A stretch of 64,000 nt of DNA from the IMG/VR virus record IMGVR_UViG_3300033146_005369, positions 1 through 64,000 of that record, one strand, 5' to 3'. The notes under the pieces were generated by a model, which searched no databases, was not told where the DNA came from, and saw only the letters and a program-made list of their open reading frames with translations. Position 1 is the stretch's first letter. Each line of letters begins with the position of its first letter. The DNA comes from a virus (taxonomy: Duplodnaviria > Caudoviricetes). Shown one piece after another: positions 47,497 through 55,853 of this stretch. The position numbers and the translations under genes were made by a program.

Positions 47497-48962
47497 TTTT
47501 TTCCTATTATTGGAACACCAGGAGTTTCCAAATATAAATTTCCCCAAACAAGTTCATAAGCTTCCGGGTAATATTCCTTGATTTGAGAGCGCGTAATTTT
47601 TTTGACAGGGATACCTTTGCGCGGATTAGCAACATAACTTGTATCTCCATCCCACTTCCCGCCACTTGCTCCAACTGACCAAAGATCATCTCTCCCATCT
47701 TGATTCAAATCAAACCAAATCCATCTTTGATGACCTTTCCTGGTAAACGGATTTTTTCCCATCCCTTGTGGAATATCAATTGGACCACCAAGTTCAGGAA
47801 TTATTTGATGCCCTCTCCAATCCCAATGTACTGATTCACTCCCACCTTCTCCGCCATTGCTCGCACCAGAAGTCTCAAAAATTTTAGCATTTCCCTCTAA
47901 AACCCCTTTCACGTTGAGATACAAACCAAGACCGCCATCTGGAATAAGCTTGTTGTAAATCATATCCTTCAAAGCCGAATAGACAGCTCTAACAGGCATT
48001 TTTCTACCATCGACATGAACTTCTGTATCCATTGCAGTTCCCATATAATGCTGGGAGTTAGGATTGCCGGTTCTTATCAATGATGTCACGATTACTTCAA
48101 CACGGCCTCCATACCCTCTTTTCCAATAATCCTCTATTATTGATAAAAAATATGCACTTTGGAGGACGCATTGTGCCCTAAATTCTCCTAACTTTTCCAT
48201 ACCTACTTCAAAAGGTTTTCGCAAAACCTTATTGCGCATTTTACTTTCGGCATATTTAAACAGTTCATCCTTATCCGAAATGCTAGAAACTTTATTGCAA
48301 TTTTTCTTTGCCTCTGATGCCTCCGAAAGTTTTCTCGCAATTTTGCTATTGAGTCCTTCCAATGTTATAGTGCTTATAGAGTCAGTTTCAGAAGTGCTTG
48401 GGGAAACTGGCAGACATTCTACCATATTAAACGCAGAAGCACCCGCGACTCCATTGAATGGCTTAAGATCACCTGAAATCGACACCATCTCAAAATTTAA
48501 CGGATCACGTTTGATCTTGCTTAAAAAAACAGGTTGTGAAAAATTGTTTCTATCTTTAAAATCAATCAAAACAAAATCGCCAGCAGATAAATTATCTACC
48601 CCATTCGCAGTGGCAAATACTATAGGATGCATCTTGACAAGGTTTTTCCAAATCGCTGTTTTTTTATCAAATTTAGTTGGATCTTCAATTAAAGAATGTA
48701 GCATTTGATTTCTAAAATAAAATACTACTAAATTTTCATTATCAATATCAATATCGTTTGGAATTTCTATATCAAATTCTTTTAAATTCTTTTGATCTAC
48801 AATTTCTAAAACAACAGAAGTATACGGCCCTGTATTATTCAAAACATTAACATCAACTTTTTTTTCAAGGATGTTATACATTTCATCCATTGTTCTCAAG
48901 TTACTTGGGTTAATGTTTTGGTGCCCCAAACCGAAAGGTGATTTGCCGAAATAATCTCCCAT
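47493..48962 (-). CDS. Baseplate hub protein with C-terminal Peptidase M15-like domain
   Basis: IVTSLIRT...SQHYMGTAMD...GLGLY...VHWDWR matches M15 Zn ligands (H, D, H); OB-like N-terminus is inferred. Confidence 0.72.
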   Translation of the reverse strand: MGDYFGKSPFGLGHQNINPSNLRTMDEMYNILEKKVDVNVLNNTGPYTSVVLEIVDQKNLKEFDIEIPNDIDIDNENLVVFYFRNQMLHSLIEDPTKFDKKTAIWKNLVKMHPIVFATANGVDNLSAGDFVLIDFKDRNNFSQPVFLSKIKRDPLNFEMVSISGDLKPFNGVAGASAFNMVECLPVSPSTSETDSISTITLEGLNSKIARKLSEASEAKKNCNKVSSISDKDELFKYAESKMRNKVLRKPFEVGMEKLGEFRAQCVLQSAYFLSIIEDYWKRGYGGRVEVIVTSLIRTGNPNSQHYMGTAMDTEVHVDGRKMPVRAVYSALKDMIYNKLIPDGGLGLYLNVKGVLEGNAKIFETSGASNGGEGGSESVHWDWRGHQIIPELGGPIDIPQGMGKNPFTRKGHQRWIWFDLNQDGRDDLWSVGASGGKWDGDTSYVANPRKGIPVKKITRSQIKEYYPEAYELVWGNLYLETPGVPIIGKK

Positions 48963-49292
48963 TTAATCACCTAAAGCTTTTATTCTTATTGTTTCCAGTT
49001 CATCTTTCTGTTTCGACATTTCTTCATAAAAATCGAATTCTTCTTCCTCTTCTACTTCAGTGGAATCCATAAACTTAAAATAAATATTGATAATCTTAAT
49101 CAATTGTTCATTTGATTTTTGTTGAGTTTCTATAAGTTTTGTCAAAAGTGGGACATGAATAGGTCCGACCTTTTTGATTCCTTCTTTTTTTAAATGATAT
49201 AAAATCTCATCGAACAAATTTTTCGCACTTTGTCTATCGTTTTTTGTGTTATCAACAACTTGCTTTATAATCAAATCAATATCAAAATTCAT
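48963..49292 (-). CDS. Hypothetical coiled-coil protein
   Basis: 109 aa; GGAG RBS; acidic C-terminus. Confidence 0.72.
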   Translation of the reverse strand: MNFDIDLIIKQVVDNTKNDRQSAKNLFDEILYHLKKEGIKKVGPIHVPLLTKLIETQQKSNEQLIKIINIYFKFMDSTEVEEEEEFDFYEEMSKQKDELETIRIKALGD

Positions 49293-49307
49293 TTTGCACT
49301 CCTTCTT

Positions 49308-49973
49308 TTATATATCATTTCTCCAAGAATATGCAAATTCTTTATACATTTCCCTTATTGCTTTCATGGCAACAATCAGTTTAGATGGATTCAGTCCAGA
49401 AATTTCTCTCAAATAATGGTAGACATATCTTTTATGGAAAATCTCCAACTCATCAACATCCTGAAAAATTATGTTTATTGCCTTTAAAGCTGCTGTCAAA
49501 TTCTCATTTTGATTATAACGCTTAATCCACTTTTTTATTTCTTTTGAAAGTGCCTTTAAGAATTCTTTATTATCCCTTAATTTTTCATAAGGATTATAGA
49601 GGAATAGTTTTTGTTGGTCTTCAAGCGATAATCCATAAATATCCTCAAACGATATTGAAACACTCTTTTTTATGTCTTTTGAAGCTTTTATAAACCAATT
49701 TCGCAAAATTACTGTAAAATAACTAAACGCTAATGACCCGGTTGTAGGGTCATATTTGTGCATTACTGTTACAATGTGTACTAACGCATCTTTTTTTAGA
49801 ATTTCAATATTCGGCAACTTGGTAAACTTAAATGTTGGAACAACATTCTCAATTAATTCAACAAAAACTGGTTCAATTAATTTTTCAAATAATTCATTTT
49901 TATATGCAATATCAGAAGAATTGTTGTATTCAATTATAGCATCTTGATGTTTTTTTAAGAAATACTTAGGCAT
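49308..49973 (-). CDS. Phage sigma-like transcription factor (gp55-like)
   Basis: Region-2-like HKYDPTTGSLAFSYFTVILRNWFI; C-terminal HTH-like YLREISGLNPSKL. Confidence 0.7.
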   Translation of the reverse strand: MPKYFLKKHQDAIIEYNNSSDIAYKNELFEKLIEPVFVELIENVVPTFKFTKLPNIEILKKDALVHIVTVMHKYDPTTGSLAFSYFTVILRNWFIKASKDIKKSVSISFEDIYGLSLEDQQKLFLYNPYEKLRDNKEFLKALSKEIKKWIKRYNQNENLTAALKAINIIFQDVDELEIFHKRYVYHYLREISGLNPSKLIVAMKAIREMYKEFAYSWRNDI

Positions 49974-50328
49974 CGTACAATTTCTCCATAATATTTTCGA
50001 AAGAATCTTTATGGCTTATGCCTTCGATATTTTCAGTTATTATCGCTTCCTTTGGAACATCAGATAATTGTAACAAAAATTCTTCATATTCCTCAAATAC
50101 ATTTTGCAATGTTAGAAGATTATCATAAACTTCTTTAAATTTTGTGTTACTTTTAATAGGCAATACAAAAGCTAATTCAACAATTTTTTCCTTTACTGAA
50201 TCAATTATCTTGAAAATTTCTTTATTGTAACTTAAAACAATAGCATATTCTTTGTAGACTTTCGATACAAACAAAATTGAAACAATATTTATTGCACAAG
50301 AAATAAGAAATAAAATTAACCAAATCAT
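49966..50328 (-). CDS. Membrane-anchored coiled-coil protein
   Basis: N-terminal TM MIWLILFLISCAINIVSILFV; AAGGAG RBS. Confidence 0.68.
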   Translation of the reverse strand: MIWLILFLISCAINIVSILFVSKVYKEYAIVLSYNKEIFKIIDSVKEKIVELAFVLPIKSNTKFKEVYDNLLTLQNVFEEYEEFLLQLSDVPKEAIITENIEGISHKDSFENIMEKLYDA

Positions 50329-50329
50329 A

Positions 50330-50572
50330 TTACTCCTTATTTAATTGCTTTCTATATTCTTTTATTTGATTGGTAATAGCTTCGCCAGGTCTATAAGCCC
50401 GTTTGACAAAATCTTTTTTCTTACCATCAACAGTAATATATTCTGGTGAAGTCATTAGTTTTTTAAATTTCAAAGACGAGCAAAGAGGACAAGTTTTGAC
50501 ACTATTCGCAATTGAATGTGTCAAAACCAGTTCTTTACCACACGCTTCACATTTATATTTAAACTGTGGCAT
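50330..50572 (-). CDS. FmdB-family zinc-ribbon protein
   Basis: MPQFKYKCEAC...TCPLC...KKLMT; start moved to MPQ (50572). Confidence 0.8.
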   Translation of the reverse strand: MPQFKYKCEACGKELVLTHSIANSVKTCPLCSSLKFKKLMTSPEYITVDGKKKDFVKRAYRPGEAITNQIKEYRKQLNKE

Positions 50573-50813
50573 CTGCGTCGTTCTCGTCTTCATTTTCGTC
50601 TTCATTTTCGTCTTCATTTTCCGCTGTATATCGATCTTTTTCTAATTTCAACGTAACTGGAGGATTGTCAACAAAAATTTCTCCATCAGAATCGGCATAA
50701 CATTCATAATTTCGAAGCATTTCAGTAATATCAACTCCTTCAAGAATACCTTTTTGAAGAGTTATCATAATAACATGCACAAACTGTTCACTCAACTTCA
50801 AACTTTTTCCCAT
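50559..50813 (-). CDS. Hypothetical acidic protein
   Basis: 84 aa ending (ENED)x3. Confidence 0.65.
   Translation of the reverse strand: MGKSLKLSEQFVHVIMITLQKGILEGVDITEMLRNYECYADSDGEIFVDNPPVTLKLEKDRYTAENEDENEDENEDENDADATV
50585..50620. repeat. Three perfect 12-bp tandem repeats (cgtcttcatttt)
   Basis: Units at 50585, 50597 and 50609. Confidence 0.95.
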
Positions 50814-51301
50814 CTTTTTCTTCCTTTTCCTTTAAGTTTAATTGCCCTTAATAATCTAAAGTCATTAAGAACCTCACTAATGTTATCAGAACATATTCCT
50901 GCACATTTGTCAAATGATTTTATTATTTGTTCCTTATCATCATTTAAAAAGACAATGACAGAATTTAAATTGTATTCCTCCTCAGAGAATGTCCAGATGA
51001 AACCCTTGCTCGTAAAAACCCTTTCGTCATTTTCATGCCAAAATGTGTTAAATTGTTTCAAAGCGCTCATTGCTTGCAAATTTTTGGCATGAAACCAGGA
51101 ATGATTGGAGATATTTTTTAAGAAATCAAAACCAACTTCATATTGCGGCTCATCGTGCCCCAGAGCAAATGCTCCATCTTTGTACCAAATATCAATTTCA
51201 ACCTCGAAACCTTTTTGCAAAGCACGAAGAAGATAATCTGGGTGGTTTTCTAGCTGAGATTCACCTGCAAAATTACCTCTATGTGCAATAAAATGCATCA
51301 T
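50798..51301 (-). CDS. GDPD/PI-PLC-fold phosphodiesterase-like protein
   Basis: FIAHRGN...EN...GFEVEIDIW...LGHD...WFHAKN...FWHEND...GFIWT...GICSD. Confidence 0.8.
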   Translation of the reverse strand: MMHFIAHRGNFAGESQLENHPDYLLRALQKGFEVEIDIWYKDGAFALGHDEPQYEVGFDFLKNISNHSWFHAKNLQAMSALKQFNTFWHENDERVFTSKGFIWTFSEEEYNLNSVIVFLNDDKEQIIKSFDKCAGICSDNISEVLNDFRLLRAIKLKGKGRKRWEKV

Positions 51302-53058
51302 TCTACTATATATTCTCCGTCAACATCAAGTTTCGTTACAATATCTATCATTTCTGCATCAGTTAAAACTCTGTTCCACCATGCCACACTTCTGATGTAC
51401 ATATCATCAGCATATTCGTAATCTTGATGGTTTGAATCGCCAGGATAACCTCTTGCTATTCTGAAACTAGCTCCATCACTATTCGGAACACCACTTCTGA
51501 TGATGCGTGTATTGGCAGTAGAGCCAGTAACATCGTATAAATAAGTCAAATTGAGTGTTCTATTGGCTATAATAAACATGTTCTTAATCACACCAAATGG
51601 TGTTGCCGTAGTCCAACTTGTTAGATTCCCATTCAATTCCAATTGGATAGAAGTCATATCACTTGCTAAACTTAAAATATTAGTTCCGTGCGATAATATG
51701 GTGTGATCGCCCGTAACCGAATCCATTTGTATTTGCAACAAAATTGTTATACTGTTAGTACTAAATGGTATTTGAAGATCTTGATTCTCACAATATTGTT
51801 GAGGATTAGCACCGAAATAACGTTCGTATATAATTTCACTACCAGAACCAACAGTCCCACTTGTATATGTGTAAGGTTCGTTATACAATGTTAAATCATA
51901 TGAAGACATCACATCAACTGATGATGTGCTGGCTGTCCCGGTCTCTTGAAATGGCCAATAACCACGCAATCCATCTGAATACGCAATTGTTTGATTAGAA
52001 TAATAAGGAGAACTTGTTTCTAATTGAGAACCATACCACTCTTGTCCAAACTGATTCTCGACTCTTGCTTGAACGGCATGAATATTAGATGATGATACAA
52101 CAAGAATTGTTGCATCATAAGTGCCGGTCACACTTGTTGCAACTTCAGTTGTATAATTCCATGGTTCATCCCCACTACCACTTTCTACATCGCGATATCT
52201 AAAGTTGATATTAACACTATCTTCTGGCCCTAATGAATTAAGATTACCTCTGGTTATCAAATAACTGCCAGACATTTCCGGAGTCAATGTTGAAATTTCA
52301 GGTATAAGAGCAGTATCACCGGCAGAACTGACTGTCATAGAATATTTGTCATTACTGCCTAACATATAGTCAACTGTTGTGCTTGGCACTTCAAGTTTGG
52401 TAGCGTAAAAATACTCACCATAAGCTGAATCATCAGGATTCATTAATTTGAGAATTACTCTGTTATAATCAGATGATATTTTCCTTACCAACCATTTTTG
52501 ATCACAATGTTCAATAAATGATGCTGATGGTATTAGAACTGTGAAAGATCCAGATGAGCTATCAAGTTCAACAACTTCATCTGTTGCCTTCATCATTTTC
52601 TCTTCAGCGCTTGAATTATAATCAATCAATCTTGTTGTATAGTGACGTGGAAAAACATATTGCCTGATGACACTAGCTCTCTCATCTTGAACAATATACC
52701 ATTTACCTGATTTGTTTTGAAATGTTGTGCCGAATGGCACAACGTGCTTCATGTAAAATGAGCTTTCGCCATTAATATCTTGCTCAGTTGTCGTTTTAAT
52801 TGTCAAACTTGAATCGCCAGAATAATTATAAACTCTTATTCGGCTATCATCATCAACAGCATCAGGGTCAGGAATTGTTACATAAGTTGCTGTGATAGGT
52901 GATTCAGCGCCATTGATATAGTAAACCTTGTTGACATCAGTTATTGTATAATACCCTGAAGTAGCATCTACTTCTTCAATTGTCATTCCATCAGTGCCAT
53001 TTCCACCATTGCACGAATATGGCGAATTAAAACTATTATTAAAACCTGCTATTGTCAT
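51298..53058 (-). CDS. Fibre/appendage-like protein with C-terminal LamG domain
   Basis: Two N-terminal fibre-type repeats (YVTIPD...IRVYN; LDSSSGSFTVLIP...WLVRKI), FN3-like middle, then LRGYWPFQE...FRIARG...IRSVAWWNRVLTDAEM. Confidence 0.72.
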   Translation of the reverse strand: MTIAGFNNSFNSPYSCNGGNGTDGMTIEEVDATSGYYTITDVNKVYYINGAESPITATYVTIPDPDAVDDDSRIRVYNYSGDSSLTIKTTTEQDINGESSFYMKHVVPFGTTFQNKSGKWYIVQDERASVIRQYVFPRHYTTRLIDYNSSAEEKMMKATDEVVELDSSSGSFTVLIPSASFIEHCDQKWLVRKISSDYNRVILKLMNPDDSAYGEYFYATKLEVPSTTVDYMLGSNDKYSMTVSSAGDTALIPEISTLTPEMSGSYLITRGNLNSLGPEDSVNINFRYRDVESGSGDEPWNYTTEVATSVTGTYDATILVVSSSNIHAVQARVENQFGQEWYGSQLETSSPYYSNQTIAYSDGLRGYWPFQETGTASTSSVDVMSSYDLTLYNEPYTYTSGTVGSGSEIIYERYFGANPQQYCENQDLQIPFSTNSITILLQIQMDSVTGDHTILSHGTNILSLASDMTSIQLELNGNLTSWTTATPFGVIKNMFIIANRTLNLTYLYDVTGSTANTRIIRSGVPNSDGASFRIARGYPGDSNHQDYEYADDMYIRSVAWWNRVLTDAEMIDIVTKLDVDGEYIVE

Positions 53059-53060
53059 TT

Positions 53061-53435
53061 TTACCCCTTTATATCTTTCCTCAAAAATTCTTGCAGCGAT
53101 TCAGGATCACCCAAGCCATGCATTTTTGCAATCGGAAAATGTTTAACTTTTTTTCCATCTTCGATGAATTCATTCAGAACTGGTGCCACATAAAATTCGC
53201 CATTTACTTGAACATTATTTTTGATCATTTGCTCAGCGTATCTTATATAGTCTGAGCCTTTTTTAAACCAGTGAAACCCAGTGTTAGCAATGTTTGAGAT
53301 CGGCTTCTTCTCAGCCACTTCACAAACAAAACCATCTTTTCCAAGTTTAGCGAAACTCCATTTTGGGTGAGTTGCTGTAAAGGTTGCCAAACCTGCATCA
53401 ACACCATCCAAGTCGAAAATAATAGTTTTGATCAT
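53061..53435 (-). pseudogene. In-frame hybrid of a HAD hydrolase start and a sugar-nucleotidyltransferase C-terminal half
   Basis: MIKTIIFDLDGV (HAD motif I) joined directly to DAGLATFTATHPKWSFAKL...EVAEKKPIS...KGSDY...EFYVAPVLN...MHGLGDPE; neither domain is complete. Confidence 0.7.
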
Positions 53436-53911
53436 CTCTTGAATCTCCTGAAAATTTTCATAATGTCTTCGAAATTCAACTCAAACCATTCACCACGAAT
53501 TCTTTTCCTTTCCATAATCTCATGCAATTTTAATTCCACTTCTCTTCCGCCAGGAAATGCAGCCAGCAATTTTAACTTTCGTGGTGAACCAATTTGCAAT
53601 TGGTTTAGACGCTTATCAGGATCTTTGGAAAAACCAATCTTAACATAATCTCCATCAGAAATTAGATAAATTTTATCAATAGTTCGTTCATAATCGCTCC
53701 AATTGTCTTCATCTTTTAAAAACAAATCTAGAAAGCAGCCATTTTCCATTTTATAAAATTGGTTCAAAATCCTGTAAAACTTATTTCTTCCAATTCTTTC
53801 TTCATTTTCTGACCATTCTTTGAAGGCATCCCAGAGTTTCAATCTTTTTATCTTAACTCCATTTATCAAAAGACAACAAGAACTTATGAATTGAACGACT
53901 TCACCATTCAT
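53432..53911 (-). CDS. T5orf172/MUG113 (GIY-YIG-like) nuclease with N-terminal D5-type winged-helix-like domain
   Basis: IYLISDGDYVKIGFSKDPDKRLNQLQIGSP...VELKLH...RGEWF; N-terminal FISSCC...LWDAFKEW...GRNKFYRIL. Confidence 0.8.
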   Translation of the reverse strand: MNGEVVQFISSCCLLINGVKIKRLKLWDAFKEWSENEERIGRNKFYRILNQFYKMENGCFLDLFLKDEDNWSDYERTIDKIYLISDGDYVKIGFSKDPDKRLNQLQIGSPRKLKLLAAFPGGREVELKLHEIMERKRIRGEWFELNFEDIMKIFRRFKR

Positions 53912-54855
53912 AATATTTTTGAAGCTCTATGAAGATAATGCAAAACAATATCTTGGATACTGTCATCAAAATTCCTTTTCTGAGACCATCCAAGCGCTTT
54001 CAATTTGTCACCATTGACTGAATATCGGAAATCTTGTCCAACCCTTTTGTGCTCCAAGTCCGCTTTAATTTTGAATGGAAGAAGCTCAGAAATTTTCTCA
54101 AAAACCTCCAAATTCTGCTGCAAATCAGTTCCAGGGATGTTATAAATTTCTCCCGGCTTCCCTTTTTCCATCAGAAGAAAAATTGCATCAATTGTATCTT
54201 CAACATGAAGCCAGGTTCTAAATGGTGCTCCACCATTGTGCAGTCTCACTTCCCTCCCGTTCACTCCCAGATAAACAATGAGAGGAATAAATTTTTCTGG
54301 ATATTGGTAAATTCCGTAATTATTCGATGGTCGAACAGTTATGACTTCAAGATTGTATGTCTCTTTCCACGAGTTCACAAGCATGTCAGCAGCGGCTTTT
54401 GTAGCTGAATAAGGATTTGTTGGAGCCAAAAAATCTGTTTCAAACGACTGTCCAATTGATTTGTTTCCATATACCTCATCAGTTGAAAAATGGATGAGAA
54501 CAGGCTTTTTCCGAATGTTGTCAGGTTTTTTCCGAATCAATTCCATAAGGACTCGAACACCTTCGACATTCGATAAGACAAAATTGTGGTTGTCAAGAAT
54601 TGAATTGCCGACATGAGATTCAGCAGCAGTATTTATAACAAAATCAAGATGGTCAGGCAATTCTTGCAAACTTGATATATCACCTTGAATGAATCTGAAT
54701 TTGTTTTTTGGAGTGAAATCACCAATATATCTTCGATTCCATTCTCCAACTTTTGTCAGCTTATCGATTCCGTAAACAATATGGCCTTCATTTAACAAAC
54801 GATTTGTCAAATTCGCACCAATGAATCCATAACATCCTGTCACCAAAACATTCAT
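53908..54855 (-). CDS. rfbB: dTDP-glucose 4,6-dehydratase (extended SDR)
   Basis: VLVTGCYGFIG, AAESHV, STDEVYG, PTNPYSATKAAAD, NNYG..QYPEKFIP, DFRYS. Confidence 0.9.
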   Translation of the reverse strand: MNVLVTGCYGFIGANLTNRLLNEGHIVYGIDKLTKVGEWNRRYIGDFTPKNKFRFIQGDISSLQELPDHLDFVINTAAESHVGNSILDNHNFVLSNVEGVRVLMELIRKKPDNIRKKPVLIHFSTDEVYGNKSIGQSFETDFLAPTNPYSATKAAADMLVNSWKETYNLEVITVRPSNNYGIYQYPEKFIPLIVYLGVNGREVRLHNGGAPFRTWLHVEDTIDAIFLLMEKGKPGEIYNIPGTDLQQNLEVFEKISELLPFKIKADLEHKRVGQDFRYSVNGDKLKALGWSQKRNFDDSIQDIVLHYLHRASKIL

Positions 54856-55010
54856 CAAACAACTCCTCGAATGCTGCTATCGATCTGATATTTTTCAAAA
54901 ATTTCTTGTAATTCTATGCACTTTGGAATGTTCCATTCCTCTTCTGCAATTGCAGTCGCGATATACGGAATACCTTTTTGAATATGGAGCATATCACATT
55001 TTTTTCTCAT
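54855..55010 (-). CDS. Small hypothetical protein, 51 aa
   Basis: Not in the track: MRKKCDMLHIQKGIPYIATAIAEEEWNIPKCIELQEIFEKYQIDSSIRGVV; its TGA overlaps the rfbB ATG (TGATG). Confidence 0.5.
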   Translation of the reverse strand: MRKKCDMLHIQKGIPYIATAIAEEEWNIPKCIELQEIFEKYQIDSSIRGVV

Positions 55011-55022
55011 TCTGATGCAGCA

Positions 55023-55853
55023 TTAAAGTGTGCCTACTACAAATTTTAGTTTCTTATATAGATCAATATTGATCAAATGCCACTTGTGGAGCAAATGATT
55101 GTTGATACATTGCCATTTAGGATATTTCATTAGATCATTGTTGATTCTATTTGTCAACATAATATTTGTGAATTGTCTTGGATCAGTTGAGCTTCCATTG
55201 TTAAATAACATGCTATCAGGCCAATGTTTTGTCACATTCTTTTCATAAATTGAGCCAGGCTTTAAATATTCTGAAATGGCATACTCGTAAATCGAAACCA
55301 AATTCTCCATATTTTCTGGCTTAGAAAAGAACCATTGATCTGCCAAACCTGCATTTAACTGATCCCACATTGCTGAATAAATAAATTCAGGGTCCAAGTT
55401 TGGATCAAAATCAGTCAAAGAAACTTTAAATTTTCTATTAGAATTTGCATCAATTGTTCCCAAGTCAAATCTGGAAGTAATGATCCAATCATACTCATCC
55501 ATCATGCAAGCCATTCTAACAGATTGTGCTCTGGAATAAAAAAAAGCAAGCGAGCTTGCAATTTTTGCATTATAGTAGGGTGAATGAAGTCTATCAAAAC
55601 CTTCATCAAAATACTCTTGAGACACCCCAGCTTGTTGCATCAGCAATTTAAAATCCTTTGGATCTTCATACTGATAATCGATAGGTTTAAACAATGTGTG
55701 AAATTTGAAACGATTACTGGGTTCATATGAATGAATATAGACATCAGGCTCATATCCTAAAAACTTTTTCTTGATATATTCATAACCTTTATCCCCAGCA
55801 TGTTGATCACGACTATTGTTGTAATTTCCGTACAAACAAAGTGCTATTTTCAT
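55023..55853 (-). CDS. Putative glycosyltransferase-like protein
   Basis: MKIALCLYG...DVYIHSY...YDWIITSRFDL...DQWFF pattern; glycan-island context. Confidence 0.55.
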   Translation of the reverse strand: MKIALCLYGNYNNSRDQHAGDKGYEYIKKKFLGYEPDVYIHSYEPSNRFKFHTLFKPIDYQYEDPKDFKLLMQQAGVSQEYFDEGFDRLHSPYYNAKIASSLAFFYSRAQSVRMACMMDEYDWIITSRFDLGTIDANSNRKFKVSLTDFDPNLDPEFIYSAMWDQLNAGLADQWFFSKPENMENLVSIYEYAISEYLKPGSIYEKNVTKHWPDSMLFNNGSSTDPRQFTNIMLTNRINNDLMKYPKWQCINNHLLHKWHLINIDLYKKLKFVVGTL

